A DNA stretch of 63,480 bases, counting the filler. It is 5 parts of 5 records of this genome, joined end to end, with 100 filler letters (N's around TTAATTAATTAA, not from the genome) between each part and the next. Parts side by side here need not be neighbours in the genome. Positions count along the whole stretch, not along the records: positions 60,353 to 63,480 come from SRR20825010_4292; 4 more parts are not named here. One strand, 5' to 3'. Position numbers and translations under genes: made by a program. Shown in pieces: positions 62,462 to 63,480 of this stretch. The number at the start of each line of letters is the position of its first letter. The stretch's first letter is position 1. Below the pieces are notes generated by a model that made no database searches, had not been told where the DNA came from, and saw only the letters and a program-made list of their open reading frames with translations.

Positions 62462-63079
62462 ATGCAAGGCAAACAGGAGTACCCCGACTGGTTTCTGTGG
62501 TTGTGGGAGAAGTGGTTTGTGCTGTTTCTGCTGCTCGGAGTTCTGACTCTGGTTTTTATCGGCAGTGCCGTTTATCTGGATAATCGATTTGCGCAAGTCC
62601 AGAATCAGCTCGAATATGTGCCTCCACGCAGTTATCAGCCACCAGATCTTAAAAATTATCAAGCTGATAAAACAGATCTGGAAAAACTGACTCGAAGCCA
62701 ATCCCTGTATGTTCCCTGTTATTCACACATCTATTATCACGGCGGCGCTCCGTTTCTGCTGGAAACGACATTGAGTATTCGAAACATTGACCGTGATCAG
62801 CCAGTGTTCATCACAGCCATCAATTATTACGATACCGATGGAAAACTGGTTAAAGCATACCTTAATCAGCCTGTCAGGCTGACTCCCTTTCAGACGATCG
62901 AATTTCTGGTGGAAGAGAAAGACAGCAGCGGAGGTTCCGGCGCTAATTTTCTGGTAACCTGGTCTGCTGGAAAAGGTGTGAATCAACCACTGGTAGAAAC
63001 CGTGATGATCGGTACTTCCGGACCCCGTGCAATTGCATTCAGCAGAACGGCGACTGAGATTTCACCCGGCGGGAATTGA
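62462..63079 (+). CDS. DUF3124 family protein
   Basis: YVPxYSHIY, TLSIRN, YYDTDG, GGSGANFLVxW, PLVETVMIG. Confidence 0.85.
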   Translation: MQGKQEYPDWFLWLWEKWFVLFLLLGVLTLVFIGSAVYLDNRFAQVQNQLEYVPPRSYQPPDLKNYQADKTDLEKLTRSQSLYVPCYSHIYYHGGAPFLLETTLSIRNIDRDQPVFITAINYYDTDGKLVKAYLNQPVRLTPFQTIEFLVEEKDSSGGSGANFLVTWSAGKGVNQPLVETVMIGTSGPRAIAFSRTATEISPGGN

Positions 63080-63099
63080 TTTTTTCTGAGATCATTCTG

Positions 63100-63480
63100 C
63101 TATTTTGATTCTACGGGGTGATTTTCCTGAGTCGTGTTTGTGTATGGCGTCAACTTCAGATCTCTAGGAGCTACTGAAAGCTGCCATACTTTACGATCAG
63201 AAAAGTAGTCGATCAGTTTCTGATCTTCTGCATTTCCTAACGGAAGCGCCCAGACAATTTCTGAATTATCGATATCTGCTCGATTGTAAACCCAGTCAAA
63301 ATGTGGGTTATGATCTGTTGAGTATTTAACAAAGATCAGGTCTTTTTCGGGCATCTGCTTTAGTTGATCGATCAATCTGGAGCGGCTTAAACCAAGCTGG
63401 TATCCATTAGGCAGATTTGGATTAGAGAAATACTGAGAGATCAGGGGAATCATCATTATGATATAGAGTATGACAAATCC
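63100..63480 (-). CDS. Hypothetical membrane protein, C-terminal fragment
   Basis: DLIFVKY...HxDWVYNRADIDxSxIVWA tail preceded by a hydrophobic stretch running to the window edge. Confidence 0.65.
   Translation of the reverse strand, partial: GFVILYIIMMIPLISQYFSNPNLPNGYQLGLSRSRLIDQLKQMPEKDLIFVKYSTDHNPHFDWVYNRADIDNSEIVWALPLGNAEDQKLIDYFSDRKVWQLSVAPRDLKLTPYTNTTQENHPVESK

Overview
The window is not one locus. It is five unrelated contigs joined by identical 100-nt artificial linkers (44 N + TTAATTAATTAA + 44 N) at 24816-24915, 46383-46482, 53038-53137 and 60253-60352. Taxonomic labels below are by eye from base composition and gene content. (1) 1-24815, high-GC planctomycete (Rhodopirellula-like): rseP, dxr, ftsH, trpA, a PQQ-type beta-propeller, a glycosyltransferase, metG, a PIG-L deacetylase and the 3' part of a giant Ig/cadherin-repeat adhesin with a dockerin-like end. 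It also has an orphan strong terminator (sRNA/attenuator candidate) and a REP/MITE-like repeat. (2) 24916-46382, AT-rich Flavobacteriaceae: hppA 3' end, deoxynucleoside kinase, GLPGLI protein, OM beta-barrel, long phenylalanine hydroxylase, TetR (PaaR-like) and a phenylacetate operon (paaE-A-B-C-D-G-H-I-[peptidase]-J-[MazEF-like TA]-Z). (3) 46483-53037, alphaproteobacterial-like Lap/T1SS locus: membrane Cache-PAS-HD-GYP protein, LapG protease, TolC/LapE, LapB. (4) 53138-60252, Bacteroidetes nqrE 3' end and an arginine biosynthesis operon with a candidate Arg-rich leader peptide. (5) 60353-63480, second planctomycete-like contig: ABC protein with a dead NBD, a small alarmone hydrolase-like HD protein and DUF3124. 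The most striking signal is in the paa operon. Seven intergenic junctions carry short heptamer-repeat arrays, mostly in inverted orientation and with six different heptamer types. Three of them enclose or abut a four-helix-bundle (23S-IVS/Avd-like) gene in intact, doubly frameshifted or remnant state, and the others are empty. This looks like the life cycle of a poorly described operon-invading cassette. No rRNA, tRNA, CRISPR array, transposase or reverse transcriptase was seen.
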